A DNA stretch of 64,000 bases from Blastocladiella emersonii ATCC 22665 (lineage: Eukaryota > Fungi > Blastocladiomycota). How positions within the stretch are numbered: the stretch's first letter is position 1; each line of letters starts with the position of its first letter. Positions 21,505-32,984 of this stretch are shown piece by piece. A program made the position numbers and the translations under genes. The notes under the pieces were generated by a model. It saw only the letters and a program-made list of their open reading frames with translations. It was not told the origin of the DNA and made no database searches. Location: contig JANHCV010000007.1 in the NCBI GenBank assembly GCA_025594325.1, positions 1,674,001 through 1,738,000 on the forward strand, in the 5' to 3' direction.

Positions 21505-23358
21505 ATGAACGAATCCATCGTGCTATTTAACTTGCCGCACGAGCTTCAGGACCTCGTCGCCCAGCACCTCGTCGTCGAGGACGCCCTCGCACTGCGCGCG
21601 ACCTGCCGCTTGGCGCTCGGATCCTCGGCCCTGTGGGCTGTTGAAAACTGGCTTCCGGCGGTATTCCCACTTGCCTCTGGCCAACTGGACGATTTTCGCC
21701 GACTTGCCCCGCGCTGCTGTCTCGGCTGCGACGACGTAAACGCTCACAACGGCCACCTCTCACACTTCCTCGCCACATTTTTCCCTTTGGCTCGAGCGTT
21801 GGTGTGCGAGGATGCTGACGGCACTGATCCCCGCTGGTTCGCGCTCCTCGAATGGGCCGGCGATTTGTGGCCGCTGACACCAGCGAGTTACATCGAACTG
21901 CAGATCGTTGCTTGCCAGAAACGCGCAACCATGGCCCTTGCATTTTTGCTCGCCTCAAGGAACGAAATCGTTTTTGTTCCAGACGATGCGGGCGAGCGAA
22001 GCGCAAAGTCCAAACTGAACAAGCTGCTCACGACCCGATCGACCGAGCTCGACGTCTTTGACCACCCGCATCGGTCGGCGGCCGAAACCCAGGCACTCAT
22101 TCTCAATCTCGCTGGTCCCTTTTACACGACACGTTTCTGGGATGTTCTGGTGCGTGGCGTGGTTCGCCAAAGCCGCGCGTTTATCCTCAAGTTTATACTG
22201 CACATGGTGCAGCTTCGACCGGAGCCCGAACGCGACCCTGCTCCCGTCCTCGAGCGTGTCCTCAACGACCTCCGCCGCGAATCGTTTGGACTTCCCGGCG
22301 CCCGCCGACCGTGTGTCGCCATGGATCTAATGTTCCTCGCACGCGAATTTCCGTTGAGCAAGGCCCACGGCTCTGGTCCCAACCCAATCACGATCAACGT
22401 TGACGAGGACGAGGACGAGGACCTCGATTTGGTCCGCAGGCGCATCGACGTGCTACTTCCGCGCAAGCCTGACGAAGCGCACGGTGTACGACAGCAACTC
22501 GAAGAGATTTTCGGCCTTCTCAATACGGGCAAAGTGCGGACAGGTAGCATCGACCAAGTGATCCAGCCCTTGCACCAAAATTACTGTGTTCAGACCCTTG
22601 ACGAGCTCAATGCACTTCTCCGCGACCTCAGCTGGATCGATCTCACGGAGTTGGTCGCCATCGCATGCCAAGGCTTCTTCCTTCAGCTCAAAGATCCTGA
22701 GCTAACCCTGGCCGCGATGCAGCGGCTCCCGTGGTGCCCGATCATTTTGCGCGAACACTTCCCGGCCTACAGTCCGTGGACATGGCGCATGACCCCAAAT
22801 GGCCCCGCTGAGTGGGCCAAACTCTACCACTCGACCACGAATATCGCGCGCGAGAAAGGGCCCGATTGCCATTACCGCAGCCTGTACCGCATCCCAAGAA
22901 CCTGGCGCGGGATCCTGAAAAATGCGACAATTGATCAGATCCAGCAGCTCCTTGATGTTGTTACGCCCGCGTCCGACTTGAATATGTCTGACGGCGGTCG
23001 GCGCGATGCCCACCAGTACGGCGTCAACGGCCACTGGCTCACCATGGCGCTTGTTCTTGAGTCGGTGGCCATGGACGGCGGCGAGGCCAGGATTGACGAA
23101 TTCGCGCGCAAGGTCACGAAGCTTCGCGGCAAGCGGTGGGTCATGTCCGTCAAGCTTGCGAAAAAGTTCTTTCTGAATGTCTATGAAACGCCAGGGCGCC
23201 AGGTCAAGCTGATTAGCGCCTTGTGGAACAGCCCTGTCCTCGGCGACCAGAGGATCCGTGAAATTCTCATCAATACCGCTGGCAACAGTCGTGTGCCAGA
23301 GTTTCGACGGTGGGCGTTGAATGTCTCAACGCGAACTGTTGTTGTTGAAGTTGAGTAG
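21505..23358 (+). CDS. F-box-like protein of unknown function
   Basis: 617-aa ORF starting LFNLPHELQDLVAQHL...ALRATCR; the rest is not recognised. Confidence 0.7.
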   Translation: MNESIVLFNLPHELQDLVAQHLVVEDALALRATCRLALGSSALWAVENWLPAVFPLASGQLDDFRRLAPRCCLGCDDVNAHNGHLSHFLATFFPLARALVCEDADGTDPRWFALLEWAGDLWPLTPASYIELQIVACQKRATMALAFLLASRNEIVFVPDDAGERSAKSKLNKLLTTRSTELDVFDHPHRSAAETQALILNLAGPFYTTRFWDVLVRGVVRQSRAFILKFILHMVQLRPEPERDPAPVLERVLNDLRRESFGLPGARRPCVAMDLMFLAREFPLSKAHGSGPNPITINVDEDEDEDLDLVRRRIDVLLPRKPDEAHGVRQQLEEIFGLLNTGKVRTGSIDQVIQPLHQNYCVQTLDELNALLRDLSWIDLTELVAIACQGFFLQLKDPELTLAAMQRLPWCPIILREHFPAYSPWTWRMTPNGPAEWAKLYHSTTNIAREKGPDCHYRSLYRIPRTWRGILKNATIDQIQQLLDVVTPASDLNMSDGGRRDAHQYGVNGHWLTMALVLESVAMDGGEARIDEFARKVTKLRGKRWVMSVKLAKKFFLNVYETPGRQVKLISALWNSPVLGDQRIREILINTAGNSRVPEFRRWALNVSTRTVVVEVE

Positions 23359-23893
23359 AATGCGCTCCATAATGATTGCTTGAGTTGCGCTTCCAACAAA
23401 TAAAGGATTTTGCGCTTTGATGTCTCGTACGCTTGTCGCTATCATAGACAAGAGGTCGTCCGCGAAGCGTGGACAGAGTGGACCTCCATTCACGAGAGCG
23501 AGCGCAAAGTTGAGCTCCGCGGTACCATACTTGCGCGCCGCGCCGCCCACCGTGTGCGCAACGTCGCGCGAATTGGCGCATTGGAGGCAAGTACGTGAAG
23601 CTAACTGTACGATTCGGCGATTGCTTCGTCCGTGTCAAGATGAGAACGCGGTCAAACTGGATCAGCCATGTCGATCTTGACCAAGCAGCAATCCGCGACT
23701 CCAATCACTCTCTGGCATTCCTTGCAAGCTCACTCGCTCGAGCAACGAGGGGCTGCGAGACGCGTCGATCAAACACGTGACGCGCGAGACATCTTTTTTC
23801 GTGCCTCAAATCATCGCCACATCGAAAGGGTTTTCATCTGCAGGCTTATAGAGTCTGTGAGAAAACTGCGTCGGGGCAAACTCACTCAAGAGT

Positions 23894-25057
23894 CTAGAAC
23901 TCCGCGGAAGGGAGCTCAACCCCCGTCGCGCCGATCCCCTCCATCGCCATGGCTGCCATATCGAACCCCGCCAGGAGATCCACACTCCCATCACCATTCA
24001 CATCCGCCTCCGCATTCACAATCCCATCGCCATCCTCGCTGAGCTCCTGCACGAAGTTCCCGTCGCGGTCAAACACGCCGACGGCTACAACGCTCCCGTC
24101 GAGGTCCGCGTGCAGCTGCGTCTCGAAGAACCCGTCGCCGTCCGCATCGTACGCCGCCATAGTGAGCTTACCGTCGCCGCTAAACTGCGCGAGCGCGTCG
24201 AGCGTCCCGTCGCCGTTCACGTCTTGGTCGAGCACCGTCGAGCCGTCGGGCAGCGAGTACGCGACGGCATTTGGGTTGCCGTCGCGGTCCGTGTCGACGG
24301 AGCGGACCACGAAGCCGCCTTCGCGCTGCTCGACGCGCACGTCGTGTCCGTTCACAGTCTCGACAGCGTCGACGGCGCCCGAGTCGTCGCGGGCCACGTC
24401 CTCGACGGGCGCGAACGCGGGCTCGTACAGCAGCTCGGCGCGGTTCACCGAGACGCTGGCCGTCTGCGCGCCGGCGCCGTCGATGAGGGCCGCGGCGTCC
24501 GCCCAGGTGACGCCCGGGTGGGTGGTGATCACGTCGGCGAGCGCGTTGGTGAACGGCGACCCGTCGTCAGCCGCGTGCCCCACACTTTCGCCCGTGGTGC
24601 ACGACGAGAGAACCACGACGTTCCCCGCGATGTATGTGTCGCTGACATCGAGGTCCGCCATGGACCGCGAGCTCGACGACGCGTCAAGGCACAGCGTGCA
24701 GGTGACGCCCGCGGGCAGGTCGGCGAGGACGGCGCGGATCTCGTCGTTGGTGATCTGCCCGTCCCTTGCGAGGATGACCGAGTCGTACGGTTCCGCGTCG
24801 CTGATGATCTGGGACCCGTGGCCGGCGAACGAGAAGAGCAGCGAGTCGCCGGGCTGCGCCTGGTCGATCATGCTGCGCAGGCCGGCGAGGATCTGGTCGC
24901 GCGTGACGGGTGCGTCGACGTCCGTGACGGTCTGCACGTTCTCGGTGCCCATGCTGCACGCTACACTCGTCATGGTCTCGGCGTCCACGGCGCAGCCGGG
25001 TAGCGGCGAGCGCGAGTCGGCGTATGTCAGGCCGTAGCAGGTGGCCGACGAGGGCAT
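23894..25057 (-). CDS. Metacaspase-like (peptidase C14) protein, catalytic Cys replaced by Ser, with C-terminal DxDxDG repeats
   Basis: LPGCAVDAETM, TRDQILAGL..AQPGDSLLFSFAGHG, LDASSS (canonical DSCHS/DACHS), SPFTNAL. The tail contains DTDRDG, DVNGDG (twice) and DADGDG. Confidence 0.85.
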   Translation of the reverse strand: MPSSATCYGLTYADSRSPLPGCAVDAETMTSVACSMGTENVQTVTDVDAPVTRDQILAGLRSMIDQAQPGDSLLFSFAGHGSQIISDAEPYDSVILARDGQITNDEIRAVLADLPAGVTCTLCLDASSSSRSMADLDVSDTYIAGNVVVLSSCTTGESVGHAADDGSPFTNALADVITTHPGVTWADAAALIDGAGAQTASVSVNRAELLYEPAFAPVEDVARDDSGAVDAVETVNGHDVRVEQREGGFVVRSVDTDRDGNPNAVAYSLPDGSTVLDQDVNGDGTLDALAQFSGDGKLTMAAYDADGDGFFETQLHADLDGSVVAVGVFDRDGNFVQELSEDGDGIVNAEADVNGDGSVDLLAGFDMAAMAMEGIGATGVELPSAEF

Positions 25058-25339
25058 TGCTTGTGGGGAGGTTGATTACGTTGCAAAGGTGGTGAGCGGT
25101 TGGAGGGAGAGAAAGGAAGGGTTGCGGGTTCTCGCCGCCGTTTTGTGCGCGGTCCGCGGCCACGCACCGCAGGCCGCCGTTCGTTCCTTCGGCAGAAAAG
25201 GGCGACCCAGGGAACAGTACCCGACGGTCCTCGCTTTCAAGAACAGTGCGGGCCCCGGCCCTCCTTTGCGCTTCGATGAAAGAAGCCGTGACGCGCCGCG
25301 CCACACCACGTGCCATCAAACCTGATATATCATTTCTCC

Positions 25340-26534
25340 TCACGGCAACGCGATCTCCGCCTCGACGACATACCGCGGTCCGTCCGGCCCGACCTCGCGC
25401 TCGCGGCGACACAGCTGGACGCCGCCGATCCGCACCTTATCCGCGACGACCGCACCCCCACACGCCTCGAGCATACGCGTCGCGTCCCACACGGGTCTCG
25501 GCTGGCCGGGCACCTCCTCCCCAACGGGCTTGCACCGGACAACGGTCGCGTGGAGCGCGGGCATCACTGCCTCCTCCCCCTCCAGAATCCCAGCGTTGAC
25601 AAACGCGTCAAGCAGGACCCGCGTGAGCGCGTTGACACGTCCGTCGCGGTCCTCGACGCGCGCGTGGGCCGAGGCCGCGCGGCGCGGGTCGCCGAACACG
25701 GCGGCGCCGGCGAGTTTCACGAGCACGGTCTGGGTCTTGACGGCGTCGTAGATGGCGGGGGACGCGGCGCGGAGGACGGAGGCCGCGCGCGCGACATGCT
25801 CGGGCGTTGGCAGGCGGAGCATCGCGAGCGTCAGGTGGGTCTCGGACGGGGGCAGCGCGAGGAGGCGCGAGGGAGAGTCGGCGGGGAGGGCCGAGGTGTG
25901 GATGATGCGCTGGCTGAAGGCAGAGAGCGACTTGTACAGCACTGGGTCCTGCGCAGACGACGGCATCGGGAGGGAGAGGAAGTGCGTGAAGGGCTGCTTG
26001 CGGAGGTCGGCCTACACGATGACTGTCAGTCCCGCACAGCGCACGTACATGACGACGCAGGGCGTACCGTCTTGAAAATCGCCTCGATCTTGGCGGCCGC
26101 CGCGCTGACCTGCTCCTGCGTCCCGCGGATCGCTACACGTCGCGCGTCAGCCCAGCCCTCCAACACCACCAACACCGATCTAACGTACTGATCGCCTCCT
26201 CGGCACTCTTGGGCCCGGGGACCCAGACCTCGGCGCCCGTGTCCTCGCGCAGCGCGCGCACGGTGCGGCCGCCGGCGCCGATGATGAGGCGGAACTGGTC
26301 GCGCGGGCACGCGAGCTTGCGCGAGACCTTTCCGCTGCCCCCATCACCGCCAGCAGTAGGAGCCGAGCGGGTGGGCGATGCCGTGCGCCGCGCTGCTGCT
26401 GCCGTCGTGGATGCCATCCCGCGGGTGCCGCCGGGACCGAGCGACGCAGCGCAGACGCGGAACCGCTGGCCGGCGACCTGGACAAACTCGAACTGCGCGG
26501 CCGACTGCAGGATGTGTTGGCTGGAGCTGTTCAT
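25340..26534 (-). CDS. ASCC1: KH domain plus 2H phosphoesterase, ASCC1-like; three exons
   Basis: KH motif LIIGAGGRTVRAL, PFTHFLSLP, 2H motifs HLTL and HATV; GTACG...TAG introns join the frames. Confidence 0.8.
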
Positions 26535-26678
26535 GGCGGACTGAGATGCATGGAAGTGGTTGATTGAGCGTCGTCGGCGTCGTCGCCTGCGGTTGTTGTT
26601 GAAGCGCCCCGCTCCTCGTCCTCACGTCGAAGAAACGCGGCAACGAAGCAAAACTCCCCGCAACGCAACGAAAGCCCC

Positions 26679-27589
26679 ATGACCATGGACGCCTACCCGC
26701 CGGCGGAGCGGATGCTGCGGTCCTGGGTGGCCGCCGAGCTCGAGACGCTGGGGCTGCAGGAGGAGGTCCGCCCCCCACCGCCCTCCCATCACTCACCCCC
26801 GCCTCGGTCTCACCAGCGACAGCTGCGTGTGTGTGTAGGGCATGGAGGACTACATTGTCGGGATCCTAGTCGAGGACGAGGAGATGATCCCGCGCGACGA
26901 CAAGATCGAGGGCGTCGTCGGGTACCTGACCATGACCTTCGAGTCGCTGGCGCCCGAGGCCGCCACGGCGTTTGTCGAGCAGGCGCTCGACAAGCACGCC
27001 GAGTTTGCGGCGGTTGCTGAGGCCGAGGCCGCGCTGGCTGAGGTCAAGCTCGACGACGCCGCCACCGCGGGCAGCGGGTCGGGCTCCGACTCGGACTCGG
27101 ACTCGGAGGAGCACTACGAGGACGCGAGCGGGGCCAAGTCGGCGACGCCCGGCCCGGGCAAGAAGCTGATCACCAAGGAGGAGGCGCGGCGGCGGCGCGC
27201 GATCCTGGCCCAGTACAAGTACGAGGACGACGGCGAGGCCGAGCTCATGACGCCCAAGGCCGCGGCGGTTGTCTCGGGCGAGATCCCCGTGCGGAGGAAG
27301 AACCGCAAGAACCTCGGCCTGACCTATGGTACGTACGCCCTGTCCTCACTCGTCCACTGCGAAACAGGACCCTGACCCGCCGCGGCCGTGTGTAGAGGAC
27401 ATCATCGGCATGCCCAACGACAACTCCAAGAAGGTGTCGGACGCCGAGGCCGCCAAGCGCGCGGCGATGCAGGCCGAGCACGCGCAGAAAAAGTCGGTCG
27501 ACAAGGCGAACCTGGCCAAGCAGCGCGCGCAGCAGGCCGCCGACAAGGAAAAGAAGAAGTCGGTCAAGCAGGAGCGCCGCCGCATGTAA
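26679..27589 (+). CDS. CCDC43: Coiled-coil domain protein CCDC43-like; spliced
   Basis: SWVAAELETLG...YIVGIL...RRRAILAQY...basic coiled coil ending KQERRRM. Confidence 0.7.
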
Positions 27590-27634
27590 CCGTACCCTGC
27601 TCTCACACAAGTGTAATTGTATTCGACTCGCGCT

Positions 27635-30337
27635 TCATTGCATCCCAAACTCGTTCGGCGGCCCCGCCGTCGCCTCGCGGACTGCGCGCCGCATGAACGC
27701 GGCCGCGTGCACGCCGACGTTACATACGGCCCACGCCCCGTCGGCCCGCTCCTCGTACCGCATCACGAGGCCCATGTCGGCGAGGATACTCCTCCGCTTC
27801 GCCCCCGCCTTACCCGCCACCCCCTCAGACTCGGGCGCGACCGTGGCGCGCATAAACTCGCGCTGGAACCCGTCGAACACGAGCGGCTCGCCGGCCGTGA
27901 GCGGGAGCGTCATCCACGCGGCGGACCGGACGCCGGCGCTGTGCGCGATGACGTCGCACGCGATCGACGACACGTACGAGTACGCGCCGTACCGGGCGAC
28001 GATGCGGGCGAGGCGCGCCGTCGCTGCCTGGTCGGGCATCCCCGGCCCGGGGTTTCCCGGTCCCGCGGCCATGAACGGTGGCGCGAGAGCGAAGCTGAAG
28101 TGGTGTAGGCACGGCATCCCGGCGAGGCCGCGGAGCGCGTCGAGTTCGGGCCCGATGACGAGCGGTGGGAGCGTGAGCGTGCGGACCCTGGGCGCGGCGT
28201 GGGCGAGGACGGCGGCTAAGGTCGCGTCCCACGCGGCGCCGCCGGGGACGCGCGCGAACAGGGCGGCGGCGGGGGCGTCGGTGCCGCGCAGGGCGAGCGC
28301 GGGCGGGAACCCGCCGCGGTTGGCGCGCGGGTGCTGCGAGTACAGCGACAGGTCGAGCCACGTCACGGACGCGGCGAGCGCGGCGAGGAGCGGCGCCGCG
28401 TGCGCCATGAGCGTGTCGTGCTGCGGCGGGAGCCATAGGGTCAGCCGATCGATCTTGGGCGGCGCGGGGAGGGCGTCGACGGACGCGTAGTACGACCGGA
28501 AGTACCGCGTGATCGAGTACTCGGACAGCGGGATCAGCTCGACCGCGCGGTACGTCGCGGGGGAAAACGACGCGAGGAACGTCCACAGCCAGTGCGCCAC
28601 GTCGTGGTTCGGGCTCCGCGCGTCGTCCGACGGCGTGACGTGCAGACGGCGCAGCCGCGGCAGCCAGTGCCCGGCGGACGCGAGCGGCGCGAGGTCCGCG
28701 GCGCGCGCCGAGTTGAGGAACGTGAGCGACAGGGATCGGAGGTCGGGCAGGTGCCGCAAAATCTCGGCGAGAAACTCCATGCCCCGCACGCCCGTGACGT
28801 GGAACGTGAGCGCGAGGTGCTGCAGGCGGTGCAGGTGCGAGTCTGGGTCGTTGCGCAGCGTCGCGGCCATGGGCTCGAGCACAACCTCGGCGCCCAGCAC
28901 GTCGAGCCGGGTGACGTGCGGGAACTCGGTGGTCAGGATCGTCCAGAACGCCGGGATGTACCGGCGCCGGTACTTTTCGGCCGTCACGTCGGCCACGAGC
29001 CCGGTCACGCGCACGGGGTCGCCGTGCACGCCCGGCGGGCGCTCGGCGTTCGGGTCGTGGCTCTGCGCGAGCGGGACCACTACGCGGGAGAAGATGCGGT
29101 TGGTCGTGACCTCGAGCCCGAAGTGCACCGTGAGCCCGCGGCCCGCGTCCTCGTCGCGCGTCGCGGCGGCGGTTCCCGCGCGCATCACCCACCCGCTGCC
29201 GAGCGCCGTCGACGGGATCGTGTGCACCATGCGCGCATAGTCGCGCGCAGGCGGCGGTACCTCGCCCTCTCCCCCCGCCTCGAGCTCGGGCGGCGGGACG
29301 GGCGTGAGATAACTCGTAATCTTCTCGTCGAACGCGACCGTGTGCGCGCGGATCCCCGCGTCGGCCGGGTACGCGAGCATGTCCCACGGGTCAGCCCAGA
29401 GAACGGGGGCGACGTGGGCAAAGACGGTGCGCGAGGTCCGCGCGAGCGCCGCGAGCCACGACGGGCGCGGGAGGTAGTGCGCGATGCGGCGGTGCAGGGC
29501 CAGGGACAGGCGCTCGAACGGCGAGCCGGGCGAGTGCGGCGGCGGCGAGTCCCAGTCGGCGTGCGCGTCGATGGCGAAGCCCAGGTCGCTGCTTGAGAAG
29601 ACCTCGGAGACGACCGAGTCGGACCGCGGGTCCGGGCGCATTGGCGAGGAGGAGGTCGCGCGTGGTGGTGGGCGCGGCGCGACGGTGGAGGCGGCGGGGA
29701 CGGGCGGCGCGATGGCCGAGTCGGACGACGGGTCAGCGGGCGGCGACGAGGCATCCGAGGAAGATGCAGCAGCAGCAGCCTCGGCAGCGGCGGCAGCAGC
29801 CGCTTCTCGCTTGGCCGCGGCCGCGGCGACGGCAGCGACGGCCGTGCGAATCCTCCGGCGCTTATGGCCCGGCGAGATGAACTCGCGCGTCGTCGGCGGC
29901 GCCGTCTCGAGCGGGCGGAGCGGTGCCGGATCGAGCGAGCCATGGCTGCGCTTCGCCGGCCGCTGGTTCGGGGGCGCCTCGGAGGCAGCCGACGAGGCGA
30001 GCACCGAATCCAGCGCGTTTTCCGCGTCGGCAGCCCACTCGGCGACAAGATCGCCATTGCGCGGCGGGCGGTGGTGCGTCGGGCTCTCCTCAAGCTCGAG
30101 CTCGACCGACTTGGTCCGCGACAGACGCGTGCGGGTGCGCGGCGGCGGGTCCTTGCTCAGGATGGCGTTCGTTGGCGGCGGATCGAGGGGCGCCTCGATG
30201 GCCGCCTTGGCCGCGGCGGACGGCGAGGTCGGCGCGGGCGAGGGTAAGGTGAGGGTCGCGGATGGCGGGCGCGGCGACGGTTTCGCTGCCGAGGACGGGA
30301 GCGGGCCCGACGACGAGGGCTGCGGGGAGAGGACCAT
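27635..30337 (-). CDS. F-box/LRR protein with a long disordered N-terminus
   Basis: FERLSLALHRRIAHYL...LARTSR...PVLWADP F-box-like segment followed by LRR-like units. Start placed at MVLSPQ. Confidence 0.75.
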   Translation of the reverse strand: MVLSPQPSSSGPLPSSAAKPSPRPPSATLTLPSPAPTSPSAAAKAAIEAPLDPPPTNAILSKDPPPRTRTRLSRTKSVELELEESPTHHRPPRNGDLVAEWAADAENALDSVLASSAASEAPPNQRPAKRSHGSLDPAPLRPLETAPPTTREFISPGHKRRRIRTAVAAVAAAAAKREAAAAAAAEAAAAASSSDASSPPADPSSDSAIAPPVPAASTVAPRPPPRATSSSPMRPDPRSDSVVSEVFSSSDLGFAIDAHADWDSPPPHSPGSPFERLSLALHRRIAHYLPRPSWLAALARTSRTVFAHVAPVLWADPWDMLAYPADAGIRAHTVAFDEKITSYLTPVPPPELEAGGEGEVPPPARDYARMVHTIPSTALGSGWVMRAGTAAATRDEDAGRGLTVHFGLEVTTNRIFSRVVVPLAQSHDPNAERPPGVHGDPVRVTGLVADVTAEKYRRRYIPAFWTILTTEFPHVTRLDVLGAEVVLEPMAATLRNDPDSHLHRLQHLALTFHVTGVRGMEFLAEILRHLPDLRSLSLTFLNSARAADLAPLASAGHWLPRLRRLHVTPSDDARSPNHDVAHWLWTFLASFSPATYRAVELIPLSEYSITRYFRSYYASVDALPAPPKIDRLTLWLPPQHDTLMAHAAPLLAALAASVTWLDLSLYSQHPRANRGGFPPALALRGTDAPAAALFARVPGGAAWDATLAAVLAHAAPRVRTLTLPPLVIGPELDALRGLAGMPCLHHFSFALAPPFMAAGPGNPGPGMPDQAATARLARIVARYGAYSYVSSIACDVIAHSAGVRSAAWMTLPLTAGEPLVFDGFQREFMRATVAPESEGVAGKAGAKRRSILADMGLVMRYEERADGAWAVCNVGVHAAAFMRRAVREATAGPPNEFGMQ

Positions 30338-30624
30338 GATGGGGAGGGCTAGCGAGGGGCAGCGTCGTGTGAGCCGGCTGGTCTGGCGGTGGCCATGGAC
30401 GGACGGACGGCCGCGGCCATGGACGGACGGCGCCGAGCGACGATGGCGGCAGCGGGGGCGGACATGCATACGTGGATCACGTCAAGTGGTCGGTCGGCGG
30501 GTTCATGGACAGCGATACATGGGTTGCAGCGGGCAACGGTTGCAAGTGCGACTTGGCACGAACGGCAGCGGACGGGCAGCAGGGAGGGGAGCGGAGGGGA
30601 GACGCATGCACGGAGGTGGGAAAC

Positions 30625-30685
30625 CGCGAAAACCCGCCGTGATCGCGCACACGTGACTGATACACGCGCCGGGTTTTCGCGCGCC
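30625..30685. promoter_or_regulatory. Divergent promoter with inverted GCGAAAACC/GGTTTTCGCG sites flanking a CACGTGAC E-box
   Basis: CGCGAAAACCC 30625-30635, CACGTGAC 30650-30657, GGTTTTCGCGCGCC 30672-30685. The same motif pair recurs at 45038-45058. Confidence 0.45.
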
Positions 30686-30786
30686 GGACCGCGCCACCAC
30701 TCGCGCCGATCGGCCCGCCGTCGCATCTCCTCCGTGTCCGGCCCCCGCTCCCCCAACAACTTGACAGGGCGACCCGCCTAGACTCG

Positions 30787-31810
30787 ATGCATCCTCTCCG
30801 ACCTACCGCCATGATGAAGCCAATGAACATGACAACCGCCTTCCTCCGCGTCGCGCGCCGCGGGCTCGCTTCCGCCGCATCACCCTCGGCTCCGGCCGGC
30901 ACCTGCACGCTGTCCGCCGACTCGCCGCTGCTGCAGGGCCGGACACTTGCCTTCAAGTACCTCGGCGCCCGCGTGCCGTACCAGCGCGCGCTCGCCATCC
31001 AGCACGCGACCGTCGCCGCGCTGCAGGACCAGGGCGCCGACGGCGGACCGCGCGTGCCCAACGTCGTGTACCTCGTGCAGCACCCGTCCGTCTACACGGC
31101 AGGGCGGCGGATCCGCGGGACTGAGGCCACCGAGGGGGAGAGGTTGCGCGCGCTCGGTGCAGAGTACTACGAGGTGCGTGCTGGCGCTGTGCTTAGTTGC
31201 GGACGAGCGCGAAGCTGACCACGATGTTGTGAAAACGTAGACCCAGCGGGGTGGCGAGACCACGTACCACGGGCCAGGCCAGCTCGTCGGGTACCCGATC
31301 CTGCACCTCAAGAACCTTGACGTACGCCTTACACCACCTCCACCACCCGTCTTGTCCGCTAAACACCACACCTCGCTCCAGATTTCGGTCCGGTGCTACG
31401 TCAGCCTACTCGAAAAGGGCCTGATCCGGACCTGCCGCGACCACTTTGACCTCGACGCGGGCACCTGCGAGCACACGGGCGTATGGGTCGGTGAAAACAA
31501 GATTGCCGCGCTCGGCGTGCACGTCTCGCGCTACGTGACGCTGCATGGATTCGCCCTCAACGTGAACCCGGACTTGCGCTTCTTCAACCACATTGTGCCG
31601 TGCGGGATCACCGACCGCGGCGTCACCTCGGTCGCGCGCGAGCTCGCGTCGCGCGGTGTCGACCCGGCGACGATTCCGACGGCTGAGGCTGCGATCCCGC
31701 GCGTGCTCACGGGGCTCGCCGACTCGTGGGGCGTCAAGTGGACGCGGCTCGAGGAGAGCCATCCTGAGTGGAACGCCGAGGTCGAGGCGATGCTGGTTCG
31801 CGAAAATTAG
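30787..31810 (+). CDS. LIP2: Mitochondrial lipoyl(octanoyl)transferase LipB; three exons
   Basis: QHPSVYTAGRR, RGGETTYHGPGQLVGYPI, GVWVGENKIAALGV, HGFALNV, IVPCGI. Confidence 0.95.
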
Positions 31811-32810
31811 AGCGATACAGTGTATATACAGCGAATCAATTAAAATCTGGCCAGGGAGACGGTGCAGGCGACGAGGTCGAGGAATCCCTTGACCTAAGTG
31901 AGGTGCGCCACACCCTGCTCGTCGAAGTCGTTCAAGGTGTGCTCGACCGTCTGAGAGCTCCTTCCGGATGCGCGCGATCGCGCTGTCAGCCATGGACTAC
32001 ATCGGTTGCCCCTTGGCCGCCTTGGCGCTGCGGTCGTAATCGGCCTACGAGACGAAACATGCGACGCCGAGGGTGCGACCTTGCACTCAAACACTTTGAC
32101 TGTATCGCGGAGATGACTCGTGGCGCAGTCGAGTCGACGCGAGACGATGCGGTGACAACAGCAAGACACCTGTTCGCAAGAGCCGAGAAGAGGCCGGTAG
32201 TGCAAATGCATCAAGTGCGGAGGGTTCTGAGCAAGCGATTCATTAGATACATGAGCGGAGGGGTTGAAGATCGAGCTGACGCGAGACGCGTCGCTTTGAA
32301 ACGTTTGGGATCACATCACGTGTTCCGTTTGAGACAGTTTTCGAGTCACTCGTCTCGCCCTTCTCGCTGTCCTCCATCCGTCTCGCGGCACTGCTGGACT
32401 CCCATGCGACTACATGCAATGTAAACCGCGCCGAGTGCTCTATAGACGGCGTGAGAGCCCGCGTGGGTCGCTCGGGCTGCTGGGCCCATGCTCGCCGGAC
32501 CAGTCGTCGCGGGCCCGTCTCGTGTCGACCGAGAGCAATGTTGCCTGGAGCGACGCTTTGAGGGGCTGTGCAGCACGTCGCCTTGGAAGCCCTCACAATC
32601 CCGCTCCCCGGCGTTCGCGCGCGCGTTGCGGGCAGCGGAAATGCGGCTCCCCCTAGTCTCGTTGCCAGACCGTATTGTCGCGGGGAGCGGCGGGATTCCT
32701 GCAGTGGGCCGAGGCGACCCTACCCAGCGCCTGCTGACCCGCGACGTACGGTCTGGATCCAGCTCATCCCGCCCCGACCAAAATCTCACAAACCGCCCCT
32801 CCACCCCGCT

Positions 32811-32984
32811 CCGACACTTATCCCCTTAGTTCTGGACTCCCACTTTATTAACACCTCATAAATTACACGGGGACCCCCCATGGATTTGCATCGCATTGAC
32901 CACAAAAATGCGTTTGAGGCGAAAACTCGCGGGGGTGAGGCGGGAGCGAGGGGAGTGGAAATGCGGGGGTCCCGCCGCGGTCCG
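32811..32984. repeat. Left arm of the 174-bp inverted repeat
   Basis: Reverse complement of 34273-34446 with about 3 mismatches. Confidence 0.95.
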
